From an uncultured Anaerolineae bacterium (lineage in GTDB: Bacteria; Chloroflexota; Anaerolineae; Aggregatilineales; UBA3940), in the NCBI GenBank assembly GCA_964390105.1, contig CAYMGV010000001.1, forward strand, positions 66,002-130,001: DNA of 64,000 nt, in the 5' to 3' direction. Position numbers and translations under genes: made by a program. Numbering within the stretch: position 1 is the stretch's first letter; every line of letters starts with the position of its first letter. The notes under the pieces were generated by a model, which did no database searches, was not told where the DNA came from, and saw only the letters and a list, made by a program, of their open reading frames with translations. Positions 9,295-19,400 of the stretch are shown piece by piece.

Positions 9295-9840
9295 ATGAAT
9301 GCATGGCATGATGTCGCAACCGGACCAGATTCCCCAAATCGCGTGTACGGGATCATTGAAATCCCTAAAGGCAGCCGTAATAAGTACGAGTACGACAAAG
9401 ACACCGGCCTGATGCGGCTCGACCGCGTGCTGTATTCCTCGCTGCATTACCCCGGTGACTACGGCCTGATCCCGCAGACCTACTACGACGACGGCGACCC
9501 GCTTGACATCCTCATAATGGGCAACGTCCCGACCTTTCCCGGCTGCCTGGTTGAAGCGATCCCCATCGGGTTGTTCCGCATGCTGGACCGTGGCGAACCA
9601 GACGATAAAATCCTCGCCATTCCCAGCGGTGACCCCTTCTTCAACGAGTACCGGGACCTTTCCGATATTCCATCACACTTTCTCGCTGAGGTGGCACACT
9701 TCTTCTCAGTCTATAAAGACCTTGAAGGCGCGCGGGTCGAACCGCTGGGCTGGGAGGGGGCTGACTTCGCGCGGGATCGAATCGTCCATGCCATGAAGTT
9801 CTATCAGCGCAAATTCGGGGCTAAGAAGGATAAGAAGTGA
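9295..9840 (+). CDS. ppa: Inorganic pyrophosphatase (family I)
   Basis: 181-aa ORF with 'IEIPKGSRNKYEYDKDTG', 'YPGDYGLIPQT', 'DGDPLD' and 'DDKILA', matching soluble PPase. Confidence 0.93.
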   Translation: MNAWHDVATGPDSPNRVYGIIEIPKGSRNKYEYDKDTGLMRLDRVLYSSLHYPGDYGLIPQTYYDDGDPLDILIMGNVPTFPGCLVEAIPIGLFRMLDRGEPDDKILAIPSGDPFFNEYRDLSDIPSHFLAEVAHFFSVYKDLEGARVEPLGWEGADFARDRIVHAMKFYQRKFGAKKDKK

Positions 9841-9921
9841 CGACCGGGTAGCGGCATTCTTAAGTCCGGGCTATGCTTTCCTCGTAACCAGGCGCACGGC
9901 ATCAGTTGACAGGGATGAAAA

Positions 9922-10290
9922 ATGGGGCACCGCATCCTGATCGTCGAGGATAACCCGGATAACCGCATTCTCGTTACCGATCTGCTTGAATCGATGGGCT
10001 ACACGGTGCTGCACGCCGTGGACGGGGAACAAGGCGTGCAGATAGCCCACAGCGAGAAGCCGGACGTGATCCTGATGGACCTTTCTCTGCCGGTCAAAGA
10101 CGGTTGGGATGCCACGCGTGAGATCAAGGCAGTACCAGCCCTGAACGCGATTCCCGTGATTGCACTGACGGCACACGCTATGACGGGCGACCGTGAGAAG
10201 GCACTTGCAGCAGGCTGCGATGACTACGTGACCAAGCCCATCGATATGGCAGCCCTGGTCACGAAGATCAAAGCCTACCTGTTGGCATAA
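9922..10290 (+). CDS. Single-domain response regulator (CheY-like receiver)
   Basis: 122 aa: 'ILIVEDNPDNR', phospho-acceptor context 'DVILMDLSLP', 'ALTAHAM' and 'DDYVTKP'. Confidence 0.9.
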   Translation: MGHRILIVEDNPDNRILVTDLLESMGYTVLHAVDGEQGVQIAHSEKPDVILMDLSLPVKDGWDATREIKAVPALNAIPVIALTAHAMTGDREKALAAGCDDYVTKPIDMAALVTKIKAYLLA

Positions 10291-10293
10291 GCC

Positions 10294-11376
10294 ATGCTCA
10301 CCCGTTTTCAACTGGTGGTGCTGCTGGCGGCGCTGACGCTCACTGCCTGCGCGGCGACACCCACCGTATCCCCCCAAAAAGAACCTGTCACCGCTCCCGC
10401 ACCGGCACCGGTTGAGGAGATGCTGCCCCTGCTGACTTCTTTCTATCTTATCTCGCCACTGGAACGGACCAGCGACCCCACGTCAATTATCCGTGATATC
10501 CTCGCCGCGCCGGATGCAGCCGCGTTCAGCGATGCCGACCTCTCACGCCGGGTCAGCGAAGTCGTCAGCCCATTCACATCTACAGGGGAGCCATTCCTGT
10601 TTATCCGCACCAGTCCGGGGGCCGTGGTCAGTGTGCCGGATTATGGCCTGTACCTGTGCGACACGGACTGCCCTCAACTGACAGAATGGAACCGTGGGCT
10701 AACTGATCTCGATGTGTTCACCACAGGGGATGAGATCGGTATATTGTACCGCCAGCGTTACGGAACCGAGCGCGAGATCGCCCATTTTATCCGCGCCACC
10801 CCCATCGATGGCGTGTTGTGGGCCAGCCCGGATACGGAAACATGGTGGCTTAACGCACTGGATGCCGACGTGATCGTCAGTGAAGACCTGGAAACACTGG
10901 CCGTTACCGGGCAGGCGACCTTTACCTCGGATGTCATCGACACGGATACCACCAACACCCATCCGCAGATGGCGCTGACATGGGCCTATGACAGCGACGC
11001 GAGCATCTACCGCCCAACACCGAACCCGGCGCACTTCGAAACGCGCCAGCAGTTCATCGAGGCAGCCATGCTGCCATCGCCCTTTATCAGTCTGATCACC
11101 TTCCTTGAGCGTCTGACCAAAGGCGATGACACCCTTGCCTCACAGGTGACGACTGGGCCGGAGGTGGTGCAGACCGGGCGTGACTTCGGGCTGCATATCA
11201 GTGGCCGCCACTACCAGGTCAAGGCATTTGAATCCACTGACCGTACGTTGACTTTCGGTGATTTGCAGGGACAGTTTGTGGCGTACTTCTCCCCGCCAGC
11301 GGAAGTGGGCGGGCCATGGCTCATCATGGATATCCGGCCCCTTGGCGCTTTAGAAAACCCTGCCGCTGCCCCGTAA
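10294..11376 (+). CDS. Hypothetical lipoprotein
   Basis: 360-aa ORF starting 3 nt after the receiver gene. It has a signal peptide with the lipobox 'LTLTAC'. I recognised no family. Confidence 0.6.
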   Translation: MLTRFQLVVLLAALTLTACAATPTVSPQKEPVTAPAPAPVEEMLPLLTSFYLISPLERTSDPTSIIRDILAAPDAAAFSDADLSRRVSEVVSPFTSTGEPFLFIRTSPGAVVSVPDYGLYLCDTDCPQLTEWNRGLTDLDVFTTGDEIGILYRQRYGTEREIAHFIRATPIDGVLWASPDTETWWLNALDADVIVSEDLETLAVTGQATFTSDVIDTDTTNTHPQMALTWAYDSDASIYRPTPNPAHFETRQQFIEAAMLPSPFISLITFLERLTKGDDTLASQVTTGPEVVQTGRDFGLHISGRHYQVKAFESTDRTLTFGDLQGQFVAYFSPPAEVGGPWLIMDIRPLGALENPAAAP

Positions 11377-11434
11377 CGGAACGCGCCTGCACCATCCGCG
11401 GATGGTGCAGGCGCGTTCCTGGTCAGGGTTGTGG

Positions 11435-12430
11435 CTAAAGCCGCATCTCGGAGGAATGCCCGGGGAAGACCTTGCCGCCTGTGATGTGGCTGAACGCATG
11501 GTTGACGGCCACAGCAGCCTGCCCAAACCCCACCGCGATCAGGTTCAGGGATTCAGCGCTGGGCTGTTTGCACACGTCGCCTGCCGCGTACACGCCGGGA
11601 ATGTTGGTCTCATGCCGCTCATTGACCAGTACATAGCGCTTATCAAGTTCCAGCCCCCAGCCCTTGATCGGGCCCAGGTCAGCCTTGAAGCCGAGGTTCA
11701 TCAGCACGGCATCCACATCAATGGTCATGTCCTCATCGGTGCGGTTGTTGAAGATCGTCACTGCATCAATATGGTCGGTGCCGTGAACTTCGCGCACTTC
11801 ATAGTGCAGCCGAACATCGACACTGGAATTCATCAGCTCCGTCACACTGCTCTCATGGGCACGAAAGCCCTCGCGACGATGGATCAGGGTCACGGCGGCG
11901 GCGTAGTCCTTGAGGTTCAAGGCCCAGTCAACCGCGGAGTCCCCGCCACCGACTACCAGCAGGTTCTTCTTGTGGAAGATCGATTTATCCTTGACGAAGT
12001 AGTAAACGCCATTGCCTTCAAAGCGGTTGAGGCTCTCGTTGTTCAGCTTGTTAGGGCGGAAGGCCCCAATGCCGCCACACAGGATGACCGTCTTGCCGTA
12101 ATGTACCCCCGCCTGTGTCTTCACCTCGATGACACCATCGCCCCCAACGCTGAGGTCTTCAGCGCGCTCATCAAGACGCCAAACAGGATTCCATGTGTTC
12201 GCCTGTGTCACCAGCCCCTCAACCAGATCACGGGCGAGAATCCGGGGGAAGCCAGCTACATCGTAGATATACTTCTCAGGGTAGAGTACGGCCAACTGAC
12301 CGCCGGGTTCTGGCAGGGCCTCAATAACTTTGACGCGCATCTCGCGCAGCCCGGCATAAAAAGCAGCAAACAGCCCGGTGGGGCCAGCGCCAAGGATCAG
12401 TGCATCATAAACATCTTGTTCATCAACCAT
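11435..12430 (-). CDS. Ferredoxin--NADP+ reductase, thioredoxin-reductase-like (YumC type)
   Basis: 331 aa. FAD motif 'DALILGAGPTGLFAAFYAG', 'GGQL..LYPEKYIYDVAGFP' and NAD(P) motif 'VVGGGDSAVDWAL'. The redox CxxC of true TrxB is absent. Confidence 0.85.
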   Translation of the reverse strand: MVDEQDVYDALILGAGPTGLFAAFYAGLREMRVKVIEALPEPGGQLAVLYPEKYIYDVAGFPRILARDLVEGLVTQANTWNPVWRLDERAEDLSVGGDGVIEVKTQAGVHYGKTVILCGGIGAFRPNKLNNESLNRFEGNGVYYFVKDKSIFHKKNLLVVGGGDSAVDWALNLKDYAAAVTLIHRREGFRAHESSVTELMNSSVDVRLHYEVREVHGTDHIDAVTIFNNRTDEDMTIDVDAVLMNLGFKADLGPIKGWGLELDKRYVLVNERHETNIPGVYAAGDVCKQPSAESLNLIAVGFGQAAVAVNHAFSHITGGKVFPGHSSEMRL

Positions 12431-12479
12431 CAGTGTGATGAACCTCCTTTGTGGTTGCTTGCGTAAATTATGGTTGTCT

Positions 12480-13532
12480 CTAACCGGTCACAAGTGTGAC
12501 GTTCAGGGCACTCAGCACCACCTGGATCGGCGTGCAGATCGATACCGCCGTCGACCCTGAGAACAGCAGGCCGACGGCACCACGCTCAAAATCCAGCACC
12601 AGTGACCCCGAATCACCCGGAGAACTAATCGGGGTTGTCATCATCTGGTTGTGAAAGCGGGCCGTGCGCCCCCCGAAGCGGACATCAACCGTGACATCCG
12701 TCTGCACGATCTGCCCCTCGGTTAACCCGCTGGTGCGCCCACTCTTGACGACCTTCATACCCAGCAGCGGGTGGGTGATGCCTGATGGCGGGCCACCGAG
12801 ATCGACAATATCCGGATTCAGCGTGATACCATCCACGGGGCGGGCAAGGGCAGCATCCAGTTGATTGCCAGTCAGGACGGGCATTGTCGGCTGCGGCGAG
12901 GTTGAACGGGAGGCACTGGAGAGCAGTGTCGCAAGGATGGCGGAGCATCCTTGCGGCTCCGCAGCCTGTGCGCTAATCGCCGCGGCATCAGCGGCAGTTT
13001 CCGCAGCACCCTCACCAAAACGGATCGGGATGTATTCCGCCAGCACCGCTACGGTATGTTTCTCGTCGCCGCCATCAGACGGGCCAGGCTGGTAGATCGG
13101 ATCACCAGGCTCTCCCTCGTTGAGCAGGGCCAGCACATGATTAGCGCTGAGGATATACCGCTGACCGCCACGCTCGACAACAGCGCCCAGCGTGCCTGCC
13201 GTGCCGCCACGGTGGCCGATAGAAATGCCGGGACGCAGCGGCCTCAGTACGTTTTTTCGGTCCAGTCCATAGGCCTCGATCTGCCCGGTTTCAACCACAT
13301 CGGTCGGCACTCCGTCCACATTTTCGGGGATGATATCAGCAACCGCCAGTGCGCTGATCGGCTTCTTCTCGCTTACAGAGACCTTCACACAGGGTTCGAG
13401 TAGTTCCTGCCCGGCCACCATCTTGAAGCCCACACCGCACGCCACGACGTTCTGCCGCCGCATGAAATCATCCTCGACCAGCTTCCTGATCTGTCCTACA
13501 CGCTGATAGTCTTCAGGTCCTTTGCTGCTCAC
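12480..13532 (-). CDS. Chymotrypsin-fold (S1-like, Nal1-like) serine protease without signal peptide
   Basis: 350-aa ORF with a GTG start. His box 'ILSANHVL', Ser box 'SPGDSGSLVL', and Gly-rich strands 'GHRGGTAGTLGAVV'. No N-terminal hydrophobic segment. Confidence 0.7.
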   Translation of the reverse strand: MSSKGPEDYQRVGQIRKLVEDDFMRRQNVVACGVGFKMVAGQELLEPCVKVSVSEKKPISALAVADIIPENVDGVPTDVVETGQIEAYGLDRKNVLRPLRPGISIGHRGGTAGTLGAVVERGGQRYILSANHVLALLNEGEPGDPIYQPGPSDGGDEKHTVAVLAEYIPIRFGEGAAETAADAAAISAQAAEPQGCSAILATLLSSASRSTSPQPTMPVLTGNQLDAALARPVDGITLNPDIVDLGGPPSGITHPLLGMKVVKSGRTSGLTEGQIVQTDVTVDVRFGGRTARFHNQMMTTPISSPGDSGSLVLDFERGAVGLLFSGSTAVSICTPIQVVLSALNVTLVTG

Positions 13533-13565
13533 TCCGGTTCTTCCTTTCTTGTTGCGGTGGATTGA

Positions 13566-14420
13566 TTACTGGCGGGCTTCCCACTCCCGGATCACCTCAA
13601 GAATAAATTCTTGCACACCCTCTTCGTCAACATCGCCCACCCCATCATAATACGTCCCATCGACCACGATCACCACACCGCCATCCGTTGACGGGCGGAT
13701 ATGAATCGAGCGGCCCTTGTATTCCTGGTTCTGCAGCAGCCGTACCTGGAGCAGCTCCTCGATCTGTGCCGCCATCGATTTTTCCTCACCCTGCTCATCG
13801 TCACCCACTACCGGGGCTGGTACTGGCACGGGCGTTGGGATCGGTGCCGGTGCGGGCGGCATCACCATATCGCGCCGGGCGTCAGATGACGCCGGAACCG
13901 GGGGTGCAGTCTCTTTCGTCCATAAGACAAGCGCATGGGCATTGCCAAGTAAGCGGCGGCGCACTTCAGGGTCAGTCATCTCGGAGAGCGAACGATAGCG
14001 ACGGCCATCCATCTCGACCACGATGCGGCCATCGGCAATATCACGCAGCACGCGCATCACAGGGACAGCGCCTTCGGGGTCAATGGCGGGCGTGCCAGTC
14101 ATGGCTGGTGGATAGGCCGGTTGGGCAGGGCCGTCAGAAGGCTTTGCCGACGGCAGCATAGATGCCAGCGAAAATCTGCCGTTATCAGCCGTTTCACCGC
14201 GATTCATGAGGCCAGCCATAAAGACCCTGACTTTCTCCCCGATATCACCCAGCGTAGGATCCGCCGGGGCCGAGTCGCCGGTATCCTCACCATCGACAGG
14301 GTCTTCGTCCACCAGTTCCTCGGATGACATCGACCACCACAGCCAGATGGCGGCGATGGAAAGGCTGCCAACCAGCAGCGCAACGATGGGTAAGATTATA
14401 AAAGTGATGCTGCTGTTCAT
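13566..14420 (-). CDS. Hypothetical single-pass membrane protein, acidic/Pro-rich
   Basis: 284-aa ORF with an N-terminal TM helix (FIILPIVALLVGSLSIAAIWLWW) and Pro-rich linkers (PPAPAPIPTPVPVPAPV). The third-codon position is GC-biased, consistent with real coding. Confidence 0.55.
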   Translation of the reverse strand: MNSSITFIILPIVALLVGSLSIAAIWLWWSMSSEELVDEDPVDGEDTGDSAPADPTLGDIGEKVRVFMAGLMNRGETADNGRFSLASMLPSAKPSDGPAQPAYPPAMTGTPAIDPEGAVPVMRVLRDIADGRIVVEMDGRRYRSLSEMTDPEVRRRLLGNAHALVLWTKETAPPVPASSDARRDMVMPPAPAPIPTPVPVPAPVVGDDEQGEEKSMAAQIEELLQVRLLQNQEYKGRSIHIRPSTDGGVVIVVDGTYYDGVGDVDEEGVQEFILEVIREWEARQ

Positions 14421-14437
14421 AGATGTTTTGCTCCACG

Positions 14438-15253
14438 TTATTTCTGGCAGAGGGGGCAGTAATGAGTGCCTCGCTGCCCAATCCTGATCTTTTCAATGGT
14501 CGTGCCGCAGCGCGGACATGGCTGGTCATTCTTGCCATAGGCGTTGAAATGATCCTGCGAATTGCCCTTGCTGCCGTCCGGTTTGCGGTACCAGTTGATG
14601 CTGGCCCCTTCGTGATCGATGCCGCGCTGCAGCACCTCGCGGATGGCCGCGTGCAGCGCCGTGATCTCCACATCAGTGAGGGTGTCGGCAGCACGCAGCG
14701 GCCCAATTCGAGATAACCACAGTGCCTCATCCGCGTAGATGTTGCCAATCCCGGCTACAAACTCCTGGTTGAGCAGCAGCGGCTTAATCGTACCACTACG
14801 CCTGTCCAGGCGCCCGGCGAATACCTCACGAGTGAACGCATCGGAAAGCGGTTCCGGGCCGAGTTTGCCCGTCACTTCATCAATATCAGCCACCAGCCTC
14901 AGACGGCCAAACTTGCGTGAATCCGAGAAACGCAGTTCTTCACCGTCATCGAGCTTTGCCGTGACACGCAGCCAGCGGTCCGCATCATGTACAGTGCCGG
15001 GGCCAGCGATATAGAGCCGCCCGGTCATGCGCAGATGCACCAACAACACATCATGGGTCAGGTTCAGTACGATGTATTTAGCCCGGCGGCCAAGCGATTC
15101 AATCTGCTGGCCGTCAAGTCGCGCCACGAAATCATCGGGCAGCATTGGCTCAACAGTGCGGCCCCACAATACCTGGGCGTCGGAAAGGGTGCGCCCGGCC
15201 AACTGCGGCCCCAGGCCGCGCACCACGGTTTCAACTTCAGGGAGTTCTGGCAT
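14438..15253 (-). CDS. mutM: Formamidopyrimidine-DNA glycosylase (Fpg/MutM)
   Basis: 271 aa with the catalytic N-terminus 'MPELPEVE', an H2TH region, and a C-terminal zinc finger 'CPRCGTTIEKIRIGQRGTHYCPLCQ'. Confidence 0.95.
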   Translation of the reverse strand: MPELPEVETVVRGLGPQLAGRTLSDAQVLWGRTVEPMLPDDFVARLDGQQIESLGRRAKYIVLNLTHDVLLVHLRMTGRLYIAGPGTVHDADRWLRVTAKLDDGEELRFSDSRKFGRLRLVADIDEVTGKLGPEPLSDAFTREVFAGRLDRRSGTIKPLLLNQEFVAGIGNIYADEALWLSRIGPLRAADTLTDVEITALHAAIREVLQRGIDHEGASINWYRKPDGSKGNSQDHFNAYGKNDQPCPRCGTTIEKIRIGQRGTHYCPLCQK

Positions 15254-15268
15254 AAAGCCCTTGCTTCA

Positions 15269-15973
15269 TTAAGGGTCAATCAATTCGAGGTTATCCCACA
15301 GCGCATACCAGCAGCAGCCAGGCGTGGCCCGATCCGGGTTGTACTCCTCTATGGATAACGACAGCGGATAACCAAACTCTGCATCAAAGGTCGTTAGTAT
15401 CACGTTGCGCCCCGGCACAAACTCATCGGCAGCGGCGCGGACCGTATCAAAACTGTGTTCAATGGTCAAGCCCCGCACAATGCGATCACACTCCTCGACA
15501 GGAAACCAGTTCGCCTGGGTGGGGTCCGGCCATGCCAGCAGTTCGCCATCCGTCACAACGATCTGGCCTGGCCCACAGCGGATGCCCTGAGTCTCATCAC
15601 GGTATGTCACCTCGACTCGGTAGTTGGTGACCGCGAGGCTTTCCCAGCGGGCCTCGTTCTCATCGATGGTACCTCGCAAGTCCAGCATCATCACCACATC
15701 GCTGACAGCCTGCCACGGGTAGGGTTGGCCCAACAGCAGCAGCACGATCAGTCCAATCGCACAGGCAAAGATCAGCAGAACAAGGAAGGTACTGCCCCGC
15801 ATCGCAAACCGGCGGCGGCGCATCCGGCGCAGTTGGCGTGCCCGTCGGCGTGCCTCGCGGCGGTCTGTGCGCTCCTGTTTGCGCTTCTGCCGGGCCTTGC
15901 GGCGCTGCTTGAGCCACTTACCCCACGGCGTCCATGGTTCGCGCCCCGGTATTTGTGGTGATCTGCCACTCAT
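15269..15973 (-). CDS. Hypothetical membrane-anchored protein with Arg/Lys-rich cytoplasmic N-terminus
   Basis: 234-aa ORF with a highly basic N-terminus (RRKARQKRKQERTDRREARRRARQLRRMRRRR), then one TM helix (FLVLLIFACAIGLIVLLLL) and a C-terminal globular region. Confidence 0.5.
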   Translation of the reverse strand: MSGRSPQIPGREPWTPWGKWLKQRRKARQKRKQERTDRREARRRARQLRRMRRRRFAMRGSTFLVLLIFACAIGLIVLLLLGQPYPWQAVSDVVMMLDLRGTIDENEARWESLAVTNYRVEVTYRDETQGIRCGPGQIVVTDGELLAWPDPTQANWFPVEECDRIVRGLTIEHSFDTVRAAADEFVPGRNVILTTFDAEFGYPLSLSIEEYNPDRATPGCCWYALWDNLELIDP

Positions 15974-16494
15974 CTCCTGGTTTCCACATGGCTTTGTTGA
16001 TAACCCACCCGGATGATGTTGAAACTCACGTTATTTGTCCATTATCCCGGGCCGTCATGGTAAGTTATCAACAATTAAACACTATATCAACACTTACTCA
16101 TCATCCCGCAAACTATTCGATCCAGGCATTCACCCCCTGTATATAGGGGTAAAACCGGCGACAACCGCCACATACAGGGATACCGTGCCCACTTTCAACA
16201 GAGTTTTGCCATACGACGACTAATACTTATTTTATCTACTATGATCCTGTATAGAGTGTTTAAAGCACCACAGCGAATCATCCCCTTAAAAGTATGCCGT
16301 AATCGTGGGCCAATGACCAGATTGTAATCGGATAGAAAGATCGGTCAGGGTCAAATGCACCTGCACGGGGAAGACCTTAAAACATCCTGCACATGCTGAC
16401 CAGCGCCCAACTGAGGACGCGAAACATGGTATACTAAAAATGACACTTCACCCGTACTGCCGGTGTTTTTTGATTTAAAGGTAAGACACACACA

Positions 16495-19400
16495 ATGCCT
16501 TCATTTTCACATCTCCATGTTCATACGGAATACTCGTTGCTGGACGGCATGAGCCGTATCCCGGACCTGCTCTCCCACGTAAAAGAACTGGGCATGGACT
16601 CGGTCGCCATCACCGATCATGGCACCATGTTCGGTGTATTTGATTTCTATGCCAAGGCTAAGGCTGCCGGGGTCAAACCGATCCTGGGAGTGGAAGCCTA
16701 CATGGCTCCACGGGGCATGGGCGACCGCGACCCGCAGCTCGACAAGAACTACACACATCTCCTGCTGCTGGCTCAAAATGAGACAGGCTATAAGAACCTG
16801 CTGAAGATCGCCAGTGCCTCGCAGTTGGAAGGCTATTATTACAAACCCCGCATTGATCGAGACTTCCTCGCTGCACATAGTGAAGGCGTCATCTGCACCA
16901 GTGGCTGTCTTGCCGCCGACGTGCCGCAGCTCCTCATGGAAGGCCGCGATGATGAGGCTCGCAAGACCCTTGGCTGGTACCGGGATGTGTTTGGGCCAGA
17001 CCGTTTCTTCATCGAGCTGCAGGAACACGACATCGAAGAACTGCGCATGGTCAACAAGAAGCTGATCGAAGAACTCGGGCCGTGGGCCAATATTCCCTTC
17101 CTTGCCACCAATGACGCTCACTACGTACGCCAACGTGATGCGAATCCGCACGACATCCTGCTGTGCATCGGCACGAGCAGCCTCGTCAAAGAAGAAAAGC
17201 GGATGCGGTTCAGCGATGACAGCTACTACATCCGCTCCCCTGAGGAGATGCAACAAATCTTCGGAGACATACCCGCGGCGCTGTCCAACACGGTCAAAGT
17301 GGCGGAAATGTGCAACGTCGATCTTGCTGCGTACTACAACCTCGATGACCCGAAGGGGAAGTACAAGCTCCCGATCTTCCCCGTGCCCGGTGGTTACGAT
17401 GCCCCGAGTTACCTTCGGGAGCTTGTAGAAAAGGGCGCATACTGGCGCTATGGTGACAATGCCGACTCGGAGGTGGTGCAGACGCGCATTAACCACGAAC
17501 TGGGCATCATCCACGATATGGGCTTCGATAACTACTTCCTGATCGTGTGGGACCTGTGCGAGTTTGCCCGCGAGAAGGACATCTGGTGGAATGTGCGAGG
17601 CTCCGGCGCTGGTTCCGTGGTGGCATTCACGCTGGGGATCACCGGCATCGACCCGCTGCGCAATGGCCTGATCTTTGAGCGCTTCCTCAACCCGGGCCGT
17701 AACACCATGCCTGATATCGATATTGACTACCCCGATGACCGCCGCGCTGAGATGATCGACTATTGCACCCATCGCTACGGTGAGGACAAGGTCGCGGCGA
17801 TCATCACCTTCGGTACGCTGGGTGCCCGCGCCGCCATCCGTGACGTGGGCCGCACCCTCGACATCGACCTCAGCGAAGTCGATGAGTTGGCCCGCACGAT
17901 CCCGGCGGTGCCCGGCAAGGGTATCAGCCTCAAGAAGATGCTGGAGGAGCCAGACGACCCCGATCACCAGGATTTCAACGCGCTGTACAAAGACCAATCA
18001 CGCCCATACATGAAGCAGCTTGTCGATACAGCTCGCGAATTCGAGGGGATTTCCCGTCATGCCAGCACCCATGCTGCGGGGGTATTGGTTTCTGATATTC
18101 CGCTGGTTGAATACGTCCCGCTGCATCGACCAACCAAGAGCGACGATACCGGGGTCGGGGTCAATACGGTGGCGCAGTGGCCTATGGCGATTGTCGAGGA
18201 GATCGGCCTGCTGAAGGTCGATTTCCTCGGTCTGCGTACGCTCACCATTATGCGGCAAGCCTGCGATCTGATCGAGACCTACCATGGCGTTAAATACAAC
18301 CTCAGCACGATCCCGTACCGACACCGCGCGGATGACGAGGAATATAACCACGCGCTTGATGCTGCCTTTCACCTGATGTGGCGCGGTGAGACCAGCGGCG
18401 TCTTCCAGGTTGAAGGCCAGGGCATGACCCGCATGCTGATGGAAATGAAGCCCTCGCTCTTTGAGCACATCATTGCGGCCATTTCGTTGTTCCGCCCCGG
18501 CCCGCTGGATTACATCCCACAGTACATCCGCCGAATGCATAACGAGGAGCCAGTCGAGTATCATCATCCACTGCTGGAGCCGATCCTTAACGAGACCTTT
18601 GGTATCATTGTGTACCAGGAACAGATCATGCAGATCGCGTCCGATCTGTTTGGCTACGCGCTGGGTGAAGCCGACCTGATGCGCCGTGCCGTTTCCAAGA
18701 AGAAGGCCAAGGAACTCCAGAAGCACAAGAGCATCTTCCTTAAGCAGGGGCCGGAACGTGGCGTTTCTCCCGAGATTGCCGGCAAGATATTTGAAGATAT
18801 CGAATTCTTCGCCCGGTATGGTTTTAACAAATCACACGCGGCTGACTACGCGGTGCTGACCGTGCAGACGGCCTTCCTCAAAGCACACTATCCACACGAG
18901 TACATGGCAGCTTTGCTGTCGGTTGAGCGTCATAATACGGATAAGGTGCGGGCCTACTTATCCGAGGCCCGCCGCATGAACATCCCCGTACTGGCCCCGG
19001 ACATCAATTACAGCTATCACGACTTCACCATCGAGAACCTGGAGACCGGGCGTCGTGGCATCCGGTACGGCATCAGCGCCGTAAAAAACGTTGGCGAGGG
19101 TGCCGTGGCCACTATCGTCAATGCTCGCGACGAAGAAGGCCCGTTTGCTGACGTGGCAGACTTGTGCCAGCGCGTCGATATGCGCGAGGTGGGCAAGCGT
19201 GCGCTGGAAGGATTGATCAAAGTTGGCGCACTGGATTCCTTTGCCCCGACCCGGCTGCATCTGCTGGAATCACTGGACCGCATCGCCAGCTACAGCGCCA
19301 AGCTGCATCAGGCCGCCGATATCGGCCAGATGAGCATGTTCGGTGAGAGTACAGGTATTACCTTTGAGGACAACGCCGGATCGATCCTCGTCAGTGAGGT

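Noticed and set aside
16507-17997. 496-aa ORF antisense to dnaE. Similar long antisense or overlapping ORFs include 21411..22583, 11402..12466, 30040..30984, 25802..26689, 7086..7871, 33970..34842 and 44782..45489.
   Set aside because: Each lies opposite a gene with unmistakable family motifs. Their translations are Arg/Ala/Gly/His-rich with no motifs and poor third-position GC bias. These are typical shadow ORFs of GC-rich DNA.
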